Assembly (NCBI GenBank): GCA_963840855.1
Contig: CAWJBB010000030.1
Span: forward strand, 192,001 to 256,000
Length of the DNA: 64,000 nucleotides
Direction of reading: 5' to 3'
Origin: an uncultured delta proteobacterium
GTDB taxonomy: Bacteria > Desulfobacterota > Binatia > UBA9968
The notes beneath the pieces were generated by a model, which saw nothing but the letters and a program-made list of their open reading frames with translations, was not told the origin of the DNA and did not search any database. Both the position numbers and the translations under genes were made by a program. Positions 21,176-30,780 of this stretch are shown in pieces (position 1 is the first letter of the stretch; every line of letters begins with the position of its first letter).

Positions 21176-22617
21176 ATGAAAGATTTCTACGAGGCCATGC
21201 TTGCCAGAGACCACCGTTTTGACGGCAAGTTTTTCATCGCGGTAAAGACCACGGGTGTTTACTGCCGTCCCATTTGTCCGGCAAGGCCAAAGCTGGAAAA
21301 CTGCGAGTTTTTTCCTGACGCCGCCTCTGCGGAAAAGGCTGGATACCGGCCATGTTTGAGGTGCCGCCCGGAGTGCGCTCCTCTATCACCTGCCTGGTTC
21401 GGAAAGAAAGCGGTAGTGCAACGGGCACTCAAACTCATAGCGAGAAACGAGCTTCATCACACCAACGAAGATCAATTTGCCGCCCGGCTGGGAGTGAGTG
21501 CAAGACACTTGCGGCGGCTTTTTGAAGAAGAGATCGGTCAGACCCCTAAGCAAATTGCCGACAACAACAGGCTTAACTTCGCTCGAAAGCTGATTGTCGA
21601 GAGCACCATGCCTCTGATGACGGTCGCACGAACGGCTGGCTTTCGTTCCCTCAGACGTTTCAACGACGCATTCCAAAAACGTTTCCGCCGGCCTCCTTCT
21701 CAGCTACGAAAGACTCATATTGACCCACACAACACTGACGGAATCGACCTTAAGCTTGCATTCAGGCCTCCTTACGATTGGCAAACCATTATTCGATTCT
21801 ATCGGACGCATTCCATTCCGGGCGTCGAACGCGTCACGGAGGGCTTCTTCGAACGCGTTTTTTGTATCGGTAGCGCGATTGGAGTTTTCCAAGTTCAACC
21901 GATGGCCGCCGAACCGCAGCTGAAATTAAGGGTCATCACCGAAGACCCCACGATACTCTTCGACGTCGTAACGCGCGTGCGTAGGATGTTCGACTTGGAC
22001 TCGGATCCCATGCTCATTGCGAGCAGTTTCGCACCGGTTCCGCGTCTTGCAAAACTATTTGATCGCTTTCCTGGCTTGCGATTGCCAGGTGGTTGGGATG
22101 GTTTTGAGACCGCCGTGTGTTCGATCTTGGGGCAATTGGTTTCGGCTGAACAGCGAACCCATCTCGTCGGCCAGCTAGTGCGCGGCTACGGGGCGGATGT
22201 CGTTCATCCTGTTTCCGGAGAGAAGACCCGGTTATTTCCCCGCCCGGAAATTCTGGCGCAGTCCGATCTCAGCGAGGTCAAGACAACGATAGCTCGAAGA
22301 GAGGCGATTCGCGATTTCAGCCGTCGCGTATTGAGTGGAGCGATTTCGCTTTCCGAAGCTCAAGACCCTATGGCGTTCCGGAAGACCCTCCTCGAAACGA
22401 AGGGCCTGGGTCCCTGGTCGGCGGAATATATCAGCCTTCGGGCCATCGGTGACACCGATGCTTTTCCTGGGACGGATTTGATTCTCAAACGCGTGGTCGA
22501 GCTGCACCCAGATCTTGATTTGGAAGCTATCAGACCTTGGAGATCGTACGCGGCGATTTATCTCTGGAAGGAGTTCGCTGACATGCTTTCCAAGAGAAAG
22601 ATGAGGAACCAACATGA
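21176..22617 (+). CDS. alkA: Ada/AlkA fusion (Ada Zn domain-AraC HTH-AlkA glycosylase); 3' end probably affected by an indel
   Basis: TTGVYCRPICPA, GYRPCLRCRP, AraC HTH, ILGQLVS, GLGPWSAEYI, WRSYAAIYLW; called ORF runs on to 22822 over ogt. Confidence 0.88.
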
Positions 22618-23147
22618 CGCTGTATTACAAGGAAATGAAATCGCCGATCGGCAAACTGAAACTGATCGCGAACGCAAACGCGCTGGTGGCCATTCTGTCG
22701 GAACGGGAACGTCCAAATCGACTGAGACTCGACGTGCCAAACGTCGATCAGCAACACCCCATCCTGGTGGAAGCCGAACGACAACTCTCCGATTATTTCG
22801 CCGGCAAGAGAACTCAGTTTGAGCTTCCTCTCGAACCACGCGGGACTGAGTTCCAACAGAAGGTCTGGTTATACTTGAGGAGAATTCCGTTTGGAAAGAC
22901 GACGAGTTATGGAGATATAGCCAGAACTGTCGGTTCGCCTCGGGCCTCTCGCGCCGTCGGCGCCGCCTGCGGCAAGAATCCGCTCTCCATTGTGGTGCCC
23001 TGTCATCGGGTTGTCGGAGCGAACGGAGCGCTTACCGGTTTTGGCGGCGGCCTCGAGACCAAGGCTGAGCTCTTGGCTCTCGAAGCACGGGCCCTCCAGA
23101 TCGAAGGCTCTCAGCCTGAGGCTGATCCGCCTCCGGCGGAACTTTGA
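22614..23147 (+). CDS. ogt: Methylated-DNA--protein-cysteine methyltransferase
   Basis: GTEFQQKVW, RAVGAACGKNP, VPCHRV active site. Confidence 0.95.
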   Translation: MTLYYKEMKSPIGKLKLIANANALVAILSERERPNRLRLDVPNVDQQHPILVEAERQLSDYFAGKRTQFELPLEPRGTEFQQKVWLYLRRIPFGKTTSYGDIARTVGSPRASRAVGAACGKNPLSIVVPCHRVVGANGALTGFGGGLETKAELLALEARALQIEGSQPEADPPPAEL

Positions 23148-23231
23148 ACTCCCATGTAATTCGATCCCCTAGACTTACCCCTGCGACTCCTTGAACTATG
23201 AATAATGCCGGCTGGCCCAGTGCCGGTCAGC

Positions 23232-23260
23232 ATTTCGGCGCGTGCCGACCCGTCGGCACG
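23232..23260. promoter_or_regulatory. Candidate upstream activator site for the FhlA-like protein
   Basis: Perfect palindrome CGTGCCGAC-CC-GTCGGCACG (23241-23260) about 100 bp upstream of a sigma54 promoter; partial copy at 21045-21065. Confidence 0.55.
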
Positions 23261-23354
23261 CTTGCTTCGTCACTAACCATAGTCAACACACTGATAAAGT
23301 TTGAAATCTCTTTGATTCCGGATATTTATCGCGCTCTCTGAAACGAAGCGGTTT

Positions 23355-23369
23355 TGGCACACGACTTGC
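23355..23369 (+). promoter_or_regulatory. Sigma54 (-24/-12) promoter
   Basis: TGGCAC-ACGAC-TTGC matches TGGCAC-N5-TTGC. Confidence 0.8.
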
Positions 23370-23410
23370 CATAACTCTTCATCGAGAGGAAGAAAATTAC
23401 GCTGGATGTC

Positions 23411-23590
23411 ATGAAGATCGACGTTCCATTTATTGCGGCTTTGCTTATCCTTGGTGCCGATCTTTTGGCGCGCGTTTCAATTCAAAGTATCGAACAGGCG
23501 CTTTTCTCGACGGCGTTGGAGTGGTCTATGAAGCGCATCAGGGCGGGCCGGCAGAAATCTTCTTCCAAGAGTGTGGGATCGGATGAGTAG
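23411..23590 (+). CDS. Small hypothetical protein, 59 aa (not in ORF track)
   Basis: MKIDVPFIAALLILGADLLARV...; first ATG ORF of this size after the sigma54 promoter; hydrophobic N-terminus. Confidence 0.4.
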   Translation: MKIDVPFIAALLILGADLLARVSIQSIEQALFSTALEWSMKRIRAGRQKSSSKSVGSDE

Positions 23591-23617
23591 GCTCGAATTG
23601 CAAGTAGGAGGAACTCG

Positions 23618-23782
23618 ATGATGTTCGAAAATCAGATCTGGTTTTATCCGACAGCGGCGCCGGCTGCGCTACCGATCGGGCTGAACCATCTAGACGCGGA
23701 TTTTTGTTGGTGTGATCCGGTAGTCGAGGTGGACGAGGACGGCAAGGAAGTTGTGCTGCACAAGCAAGTGACATGGAACTGA
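23618..23782 (+). CDS. Small hypothetical protein, 54 aa, H-x5-CWCDP...H motif (not in ORF track)
   Basis: AGGAGG RBS; MMFENQIWFYPTAAPAALPIGLNHLDADFCWCDPVVEVDEDGKEVVLHKQVTWN. Confidence 0.65.
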   Translation: MMFENQIWFYPTAAPAALPIGLNHLDADFCWCDPVVEVDEDGKEVVLHKQVTWN

Positions 23783-23807
23783 ACCGTCTGAAACAGGCTC
23801 TTAGTTC

Positions 23808-24083
23808 ATGTTGAAGATCACCACCAAAACCGACGCTGTAAAGACTACTTTCGAGCTTGAAGGGAAACTAGCGGGAGCTTGGGTTAATGAACTGGAGCAC
23901 TGTTGGCGCGAGATTCCCAGCGGTCACACCGTTAAGATTTCATTGGAAGCGGTGACATTTATCGACGATGACGGGAAAAAACTGCTGGCCAGGCTGCACG
24001 CAAGCGGGGCAGAGCTGAAGGCCGCGGGATGCATGACGAAATGCATCGTGCGGGAGATCATCAGAGAAAACCAGCGAAACTAA
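23808..24083 (+). CDS. STAS-like (anti-sigma antagonist fold) small protein
   Basis: MLKIT..LEGKLAGAWVNELEHCW..LEAVTFIDDDGKKLL pattern. Confidence 0.7.
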   Translation: MLKITTKTDAVKTTFELEGKLAGAWVNELEHCWREIPSGHTVKISLEAVTFIDDDGKKLLARLHASGAELKAAGCMTKCIVREIIRENQRN

Positions 24084-24181
24084 CTTGATTCGAGGAATGT
24101 ATGATAAGCGCAACGGGCAACGAGGCGATCCCACGCGCGCGCGAGGAAAACTTTACTGCCATTGAAAAATTGGGAGGAACC

Positions 24182-24604
24182 ATGGAATTGAAACCCTACA
24201 CTTCGAAATCAGTGCCGGAGCGCGGCCATATCAATGCGGAAGAAAAAATCGCCTCGCTCTTTGAACCGGACACCCTTTTATCCGCGCAGTATTTTGATAA
24301 CCTGCGCAGAAAAACCATCTTAGAGCCGGAGAAAGCGCTCATCCTGGCGGTTTTGGAAGATGCCATTAATTGCTTTCAAGACAATGTCTTGGCTGAGAGC
24401 GGCAAAGCAAAGAAGCTTTTCGACGAAGCGGAAGAATGGGTATTCGATGAAGGCGGCGAGTGGATATTCTCCTTTCGAAATGTCTGTGAGCATTTGGGGT
24501 TTAATCCTGAATACGTGCGCCGGGGATTGTTGCGATGGAAAGAAAAGAAACTAGCCAGTCAACCTCGCCGCAGCGTTTGGGACGGGACGAGGATGGCCGG
24601 CTAA
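24182..24604 (+). CDS. Conserved-looking hypothetical protein
   Basis: GGAGG RBS; EPEKALILAVLEDAI...FSFRNVCEHLG..PEYVRRGL. Confidence 0.7.
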   Translation: MELKPYTSKSVPERGHINAEEKIASLFEPDTLLSAQYFDNLRRKTILEPEKALILAVLEDAINCFQDNVLAESGKAKKLFDEAEEWVFDEGGEWIFSFRNVCEHLGFNPEYVRRGLLRWKEKKLASQPRRSVWDGTRMAG

Positions 24605-24667
24605 AGCACGCCGCGAAATAGAGTGATGGCGCAGGACCCACGTTAGAGTATTAAGGAGGAAGTGTTT

Positions 24668-24841
24668 ATGAATTCATGGCAACTCATGTTTCTACAAAGC
24701 AGAGCGAACAACTACTTTTATAACGGAGATAGTCTCGCGACGCAGAATTGGGCTTGGCCCCAGGGGACCTGGTTTCAGAAGCGTTTGCGCTATCTGCGAA
24801 AGAAGCGGCAGCGGACGCATCAGCAAACGGCGGCGCTATGA
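24668..24841 (+). CDS. Small hypothetical protein, 57 aa (not in ORF track)
   Basis: TAAGGAGG RBS; MNSWQLMFLQSRANNYFYNGDSLATQNWAWPQGTWFQKRLRYLRKKRQRTHQQTAAL. Confidence 0.5.
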   Translation: MNSWQLMFLQSRANNYFYNGDSLATQNWAWPQGTWFQKRLRYLRKKRQRTHQQTAAL

Positions 24842-24869
24842 AGCGCAAAGCTTAAAGCTGTTGATCTGG

Positions 24870-25864
24870 CTACTCGGGCAGTTTCGGAGGACTTGATACT
24901 TCCGTAGCAACTTGCCCCGTTAGCGCTTCCATGAACGCGACTAAATCTTTCTGCTCCGCGGCAGTAAGATTGAGGGGGCGCACTTCTTTTGAAAGCCACT
25001 GATTCGGCGCGCCGCCTTTGTTGTAGAAGGCGACCACTTCCTCCAATGTTTTGAGGCTGCCGTCGTGCATATACGGCGCGCGTTTGGCGACGTCGCGCAG
25101 GGTCGGGGTCTTGAAAGCGCCCCTATGCTCGTCGTTTTTGGAAACCGTAAATCTTCCGAGGTCTGGGCTCGCGTTATCCATACCCACACCCAGGTTGTGA
25201 TAGTTTTCGTCGGTGAAGTTAAAGCTCGCGTGGCAGGTCACGCAACGCGCCTTTCCTTCAAACAAGGCCAGGCCTCGCTGCGCAGCTGCCGGGAGGGCTT
25301 TTTTATCGCCCGCCTTGAAACGATCGTAGGGTGAGTTGCCGGATAGGATCATCCGTTCATAGGCTGCGATGGCTTTTGCCACTCCTTCGGGGTTGAGGTC
25401 TGTGCCGAACACCTTGCGATGCTGCTCTTGATAGTACGGAATAGAGCCCAGGTTTTTGACGAGCAACTCCGGCGACTGGTCCGATGCTTTGATCGCTTGA
25501 TCTTCCAGCGAAGTGCGCTGGCCGGCCCACTGTTGCGCGTCGCTAAATAGACGATTGACCAGCGTCGGCGAGTGCCGCGGCGTGGGCTTGCCATCGAACC
25601 TTGCGGAAAACTGACGCGCATCGCCCCAGCCGTGATTTGGCTCATGGCAAGTAACACAGGCTACGGTGCCGTTTCGCGACCATCGTTTATCCCAGAAAAA
25701 CTGTTTGCCTAGGGCGATCTTCTCCGCTGTGAGCGGATTGTCAGCGGGAATGTACGCGGCGCTTTCCTGGAGACCTAGGGAAGCTTAAGCTTGAACTCGT
25801 CGCTATGAGCTCGCGCGGCGAAAGTGGCGAGGGCGAGCACGAATATCATGTACCATAACTTCAT
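24870..25864 (-). CDS. Di-heme cytochrome c peroxidase (CcpA/MauG family), frameshifted
   Basis: AAGGAGG RBS, signal peptide MKLWYMIFVLALA, two CVTCH heme motifs, FKTPTLRDVA..PYMHDG; frame breaks near 25775 and 25480. Confidence 0.85.
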
Positions 25865-25896
25865 GCGATGCCTCCTTGCAATTGTTCTCAGCGATA

Positions 25897-26084
25897 GACG
25901 GTGTGAAAACTCTTTAGGAACCCTTGACCCCCCTTCGACCCTTTGAGGGGCCTCAGGCCAGGCCCCTCGACAGCCTTCAGTCCCGAGCCTTCGAGGGTCA
26001 GGGCAAACGGCTAAATGCTTGATTATGTCTGACATCCGTTCGTGGTGAGCCGAGTCGAACCATGAACGGGGTTTTCATACAGCC
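25897..26084. mobile_element. MITE-like element with nested palindromes
   Basis: GACGGTGTGAAAAC ... GTTTTCATACAGCC terminal inverted repeat (11/14); internal CCCTTCGAC units and CCGTTCGTGGT...ACCATGAACGG stem. Confidence 0.5.
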
Positions 26085-26102
26085 CGGCGATAGACGAACC
26101 CA

Positions 26103-27650
26103 CTATTTTCCGCCCTGCGCCGCCGCGCGAGCCACTTGCATGGTTGCGCTGTCGCCGTGAATGCCGACGATCGTGCTCACGTCGAGGTTGAGCCTATCGA
26201 GGGCCGTGACGAATTCTTTTACCAGTGGCGCGGCGCGCACCTGCCCGTTGCGGGGGCTGATATGGTCCGCTTCGATCAATATCTTCTCAGACGGTAAATA
26301 GATAACGACGAGATCTTCGGCGTGGGAAGTCGGCAATGGGTAAACTTCCACTCGGCGGCTACCGTCGGTCAGCACGCGGGGTCCACCGCCGAAAGATTCA
26401 ATGACCACGCCGCCCGGACTTGTTTCTAAACTGTCGGGTTTGCGCGTGTGCGGCGCTTTGGCGACGCGGCTGTAGAACTCCTTCGCTGAAAACGGCGCAA
26501 TCACAGATGCGCCCGATGCCATAAAAGCGCGTATGCCTCCCGCGTGATCCAGGTGGTGGTGTGTCGGAACGATGTAGCGGATCGGTTTCGTGGGAAATTT
26601 TTCTTGAATGGATTTTACCACCGGCGCGGTACGGGCTTCATAGAGCGGCCCTTCGACGGCAACCAAATGATCGCGCATTTCGATGACGACGGTGGCGTGG
26701 CCGACCCCTTGGATTTTGTGTACGCCGTCGGCCAAGCAATTCCATTCGATGGACGCGGGGCGCCCCATGTCCTGATAGCTCACGCCGCCGGCGACCCGAC
26801 GCAGGATCCACTGCGAGGCAATGGGCGCCGCATCCGTTTTCTGCGCGCGCACCGACTCCGGCACGATGAAGGTGTCGGTAGTAAGCGAGGAGTTGTTCTT
26901 AACGGATCTAATTTGCTCCTCTTGGAGCGCTTTACCGTTGAGCTCGTAGCGCAGGCTGAAAGGCGTCATCACGCCGTCGACCTTGCGCCAATCGCCGTAG
27001 CGCAACAGATAGCTGCTATCGCCTTCCAGGGGATCATTCTCGAGAATGTCGACTTGCGCCGGTAGATGCGTTTTGGGGTCGAGATAGATGCGGAACTCAT
27101 CGCCGCCGTCTTTGAATGCGATAACGCGATGCGATAACCCATTCACATCAGTGTCGGGTAGACGCTGAGCGCTTTTTCCCTTGGCAGCGACCAGTAGCAA
27201 ATTGACTGCGCTGCGCTTCTCTTCACGCATGCGGGTTGCCAGGCGTCCTGGATGAAGGCGGCTTTGTTTGGCGGTTTTGGGATCGCCTTCTTGCAGGAGT
27301 CCGACGTTGCCGTCGATGATTTCGAGGAAACGGATGTTTTCGTTGCGGGCCGAATTGCGCCCGTCCCAGTCTATTCTTACCCGCGGCTGGGTTAGATCGC
27401 GGGTCAGCGTGTAACGAAAGGTGCTGATCTGGCGGGTGGCGCCGAGCGGCCGTGGTGTCGAGGAAGAATCGAACTGCTTGCCTTCGCTCTCAATGACTTG
27501 GTTCTTGATTGCTCGCAGCGCGGCTACCCCGCCCATGGCGTTGGCGCTTTGGTCGAGTAACGCTTTCACGGATTGGGCATGCGCGGTGGCGATCGCGCAT
27601 GCGAACAGCGCCGCAGCGAAGAAAAAGGTCATTGAAATTCTTCGGCTCAT
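26103..27650 (-). CDS. Secreted MBL-fold metallo-hydrolase
   Basis: GGAGG RBS, signal peptide, THHHLDHAGG, HAED, EADH, GIHG. Confidence 0.88.
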   Translation of the reverse strand: MSRRISMTFFFAAALFACAIATAHAQSVKALLDQSANAMGGVAALRAIKNQVIESEGKQFDSSSTPRPLGATRQISTFRYTLTRDLTQPRVRIDWDGRNSARNENIRFLEIIDGNVGLLQEGDPKTAKQSRLHPGRLATRMREEKRSAVNLLLVAAKGKSAQRLPDTDVNGLSHRVIAFKDGGDEFRIYLDPKTHLPAQVDILENDPLEGDSSYLLRYGDWRKVDGVMTPFSLRYELNGKALQEEQIRSVKNNSSLTTDTFIVPESVRAQKTDAAPIASQWILRRVAGGVSYQDMGRPASIEWNCLADGVHKIQGVGHATVVIEMRDHLVAVEGPLYEARTAPVVKSIQEKFPTKPIRYIVPTHHHLDHAGGIRAFMASGASVIAPFSAKEFYSRVAKAPHTRKPDSLETSPGGVVIESFGGGPRVLTDGSRRVEVYPLPTSHAEDLVVIYLPSEKILIEADHISPRNGQVRAAPLVKEFVTALDRLNLDVSTIVGIHGDSATMQVARAAAQGGK

Positions 27651-27987
27651 ACTTGCCTCCTCAATATATGACTCAACGGCCCTAGCCATATCACACATCC
27701 TGTGATGGCCGATAATGTTTTGATCAATCCGTGAGATGCCAATGGCGGTGAGATGAGCTACGAGTGAGTAACTCGGTGGCGTGATCAAGGTCCAGCCCTG
27801 TTTGCAAGCCGTCTACGAGTTGACATAACGCCACCTTATCGAATACTCTCCGCCTCGAAATGGGCATTGGCGGACCGCTTTCCTTCGTCGGGCTCGCTAT
27901 TGAGCCGTTGACAGCTGGCTCACAAGCGCCTGATGGAGCCGTTTTTATTCGGGTCAAGGTCTGAAAAGCGAATTCTATCATTTAAAT

Positions 27988-29030
27988 ATGAAGCTGATTT
28001 TGTTCGTTCTTCTGTTCGCTATTTTTCCGGCCGCTGTTAACAGCGTCTTTTCACAGGCGCCTTTTTATCAAGACAAAACGATTGCAGTCGTTTTGGGCGG
28101 CCCTCCGGGCGGCTCGGCCGACTTGAGGACAAGGGCGGTTACAAATTTCCTGCGTAAACATATTCCGGGAAATCCGACGATCACGATCCAGCATATGGGC
28201 GCGGGCGGAGGCCGGCAAGCGGCAAATCATGTCTATCGCGGAGCGCGCCCGGATGGGCTTACCGTCGGCAGCATGGGCGCCGCGCTGGTCGCCAACGCCG
28301 TTCTCGGCGAGCCGGGTGTTCAATATGACATCGACAAGTTCATTTATCTTGGCACGCCCGACAGCGCGCAGCATTATGTTTTCGTCACGCATCGCGAGGC
28401 GGGACTCTCTAGTATTGATAAACTGCGCGCAGCCTCTGGCGTGCGAATCGGCGCGCAATCAGTGGGTCATCGCCATTTACATCACGGGCCGGCTTTACGC
28501 CTATCTACTGGGCCTGAGAGAACCCAGGTTCGTTACCGGCTATACGGGCCCCGAGATCGATATCGCGCTTTTCAAGCGTGAGCTCGACGCCAGAGTTACC
28601 ACCGGCGAGTCCATCGTGCGCCGTTCGCCTGAATGGTTAGAGAAAAAACTCGTGGACGTCCACGCCGGCATTGAAATCCCCAAGGCGAGCGCAGTCAGCA
28701 CTTCGCTAATTTGCCTGAGCTAGAAAGCTTCGCGAAGTCGCCAAAGAGAAGAAAATCGTGGAAATGTTTCGCGCCTTCAGACTTGCCGGGCAGAATTTTT
28801 TTCTGCCGCCGGGAACTCCCAAAGAGCGGGTGCAGATCTTGCAGGACGCCATGCGCAAGACGTTCGCGGATAGTGAGTTTTCAAGGGAATACCAAAAGCT
28901 TGCAGGCGAGCCGCCATCGCCTCTCATGCCGGAGACGCTGGAGAAAGTAATCAAGGAGCTGCCGCGCGATAACGAGGTCATCGAACTGTTCAAGATACTC
29001 GCCGGCGCGGAACCCCTGCCCGCCCGTTAG
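27988..29030 (+). CDS. TctC/Bug-family substrate-binding protein, frameshifted
   Basis: PFYQDKTI..GGPPGG..HIPGNP..GAGG..PDGLT; continues in frames 28229 and 28758 (LPPGTPKERV); paralog of 62157..63236. Confidence 0.85.
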
Positions 29031-29213
29031 CGCCGCTTGCCGTCGATTCAAATCAATGACTTGTTTCTTTCATGGGGCACTGTTTCCAATTTAACCGAGG
29101 CAAGATCTTATGAGCTTGAAGGCGCGTCACCGTGGGGCAAGTCGTCGATTTTAGTTTCCTCGAAAAGGCGCGCAAGATCTCGGATTGATTCGCTGACTCT
29201 ACTCCGGCGAATG

Positions 29214-29286
29214 GTTCAAATCGTTCAAGCTGTTCAAACTGTTCAAAACGTTTGGAACGATTGGAACTTTTGGAACGACTTGAACC
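29214..29286. repeat. GTTCAA 9-nt periodic inverted array
   Basis: 4 direct GTTCAAnnn units followed by 4 inverted TTGGAAC/TTGAAC units. Confidence 0.8.
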
Positions 29287-29383
29287 CCGTATGATAGCCC
29301 GCCTGCTCTTGCTTCTCCTGCCGATTCGGACTTACCATACGGACTATTTCGTCAGTTAAGAAAAGAAGCCGACGGAGGTCGTC

Positions 29384-30256
29384 ATGGAGCCGATCGAGCC
29401 CGCAGTTCTTGCCACCGCCAACGAGAAAAGCCGCAAGCTTAGAGAGTTAATCCGGGCGCCGGATATTCTTGTGATGCCGGGCGCCTACGATGTTCTGAGC
29501 GCGCTGTTGTTCCAACAGCTCGGCTTCGAAGCAATTCAATGCACCAGCGGCGGCATCGCCGCGGCGTTGGGCTATCCTGACGGCGAGGTGATTAGCCGGG
29601 ATCTGTTTCTCCAAGTGACGGGAAATTTCGCCGCGGCGGTCTCGGTTCCCGTCAACGCCGACGGCGAGCGCGGCTACGGCGACGAGGAGGGCGTCAAAGA
29701 AACCGTGCGCGCGCTGGTCGCCGCCGGCGTGGCCGGTATGAATCTCGAAGACGGCGCCGGGGCCAAGCCGGGCGGCGCGCGCGGGTTGGTGCCGGTGGCC
29801 GAGCAATTACGCAAAATCGCCGCGGTCATGGAAACCAAACGCGCGCTGGGCAGCGAGTTTTTCCTTAACGCTCGCGTGGACGCATTCCACGTCATGACCG
29901 ACGATCCAAAAAAAATTCTGGACGAGGCGATCCGCCGCGGCAACGCCTACGCGGAGGCGGGCGGCGACTGCATTTTCTATTTGAACCTCCATGCGCGGGA
30001 CACCATCGGCGTCGTGGCCAAGGAAGTCAAAGCGCCGGTCAGCATTCTGGCCGGACCACAGTCACCGAGCGTAAGTGAGTTGCAAGATTTGGGCGTGGCG
30101 CGAGTCAGTTACGGCTCCGGGTTTCTCAAAGCGGCTATCGGGGCAACCAAGCGCCTGGCGCAGGAAATCTTGGAGAAGGGAACCGTCGCGGCGATGAAAG
30201 AGGGAATGCAAACGCCGGAAATAAACGCCCTGGTGTCACGAAAGAAAGCGAGTTGA
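29384..30256 (+). CDS. Isocitrate lyase/PEP mutase family protein
   Basis: PGAYDVLSA, TSGG, DGERGYG, NLEDG, NARVDA. Confidence 0.9.
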   Translation: MEPIEPAVLATANEKSRKLRELIRAPDILVMPGAYDVLSALLFQQLGFEAIQCTSGGIAAALGYPDGEVISRDLFLQVTGNFAAAVSVPVNADGERGYGDEEGVKETVRALVAAGVAGMNLEDGAGAKPGGARGLVPVAEQLRKIAAVMETKRALGSEFFLNARVDAFHVMTDDPKKILDEAIRRGNAYAEAGGDCIFYLNLHARDTIGVVAKEVKAPVSILAGPQSPSVSELQDLGVARVSYGSGFLKAAIGATKRLAQEILEKGTVAAMKEGMQTPEINALVSRKKAS

Positions 30257-30260
30257 GCGG

Positions 30261-30731
30261 ATGAACGCCGCAGGCACAGTCGTTTCCATTCACGTCGCTC
30301 CCACCGGCGCGGCGCCGATGAAGACCGTCAGCAAGATCCAAGTGGTGGCCGGCAAGGGGCTGGAAGGCGACCGTTACGCGGTGAAGCTCGGAACCTACTC
30401 GAATGATCCCGGTTCGGGGCGCGACGTGACGTTGATTGAAATCGAAGCTTTCGAAGCTCTACGGCGCGACTATCAAATTACCCTCGAACCCGCTTCGGCG
30501 CGCCGCAATATCGTCACCCGCGGCGTCGCGCTCAATCATCTCGTCGGGGTCGAATTCACCGTCGGTGACGCGCTCCTGCGCGGCACGCGCCTGTGCGACC
30601 CCTGCGCGCATATGGAGAAGCTCACGGTCAAAGGAGCAATGCGCGGCTTGATTCATCGCGGCGGACTCAGGGCGGAGATCATTCGTGGGGGAGTCATTCG
30701 CATCGGCGACGCCATTGGCGCGGGTGGCTAA
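30261..30731 (+). CDS. MOSC domain protein
   Basis: GLEGDRY, RRNIVTRG, RLCDPC, RGGLRAEI..GG.I..GD. Confidence 0.9.
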   Translation: MNAAGTVVSIHVAPTGAAPMKTVSKIQVVAGKGLEGDRYAVKLGTYSNDPGSGRDVTLIEIEAFEALRRDYQITLEPASARRNIVTRGVALNHLVGVEFTVGDALLRGTRLCDPCAHMEKLTVKGAMRGLIHRGGLRAEIIRGGVIRIGDAIGAGG

Positions 30732-30780
30732 GTAGTGACGTGTTTGCCGTGGATAGTCGGACGATCCCGGGTCCTCGCCC

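Noticed and set aside
22614-22822. 209-nt alkA/ogt overlap as a true overlapping gene
   Set aside because: AlkA similarity ends at WRSYAAIYLW (about 22570); the extension is non-protein-like and probably due to a lost stop
23275-23335. IHF site between enhancer and sigma54 promoter
   Set aside because: AT-rich but only an imperfect match to WATCAANNNNTTR; not supportable
29214-29286. CRISPR array
   Set aside because: Units are 7-9 nt with no 25-45-nt repeats or unique spacers, and no cas genes in the window
29037-29294. 85-aa ORF with VQIVQAVQTVQNV/WNDWN repeats
   Set aside because: Translation artefact of the 9-nt GTTCAA DNA array; no RBS
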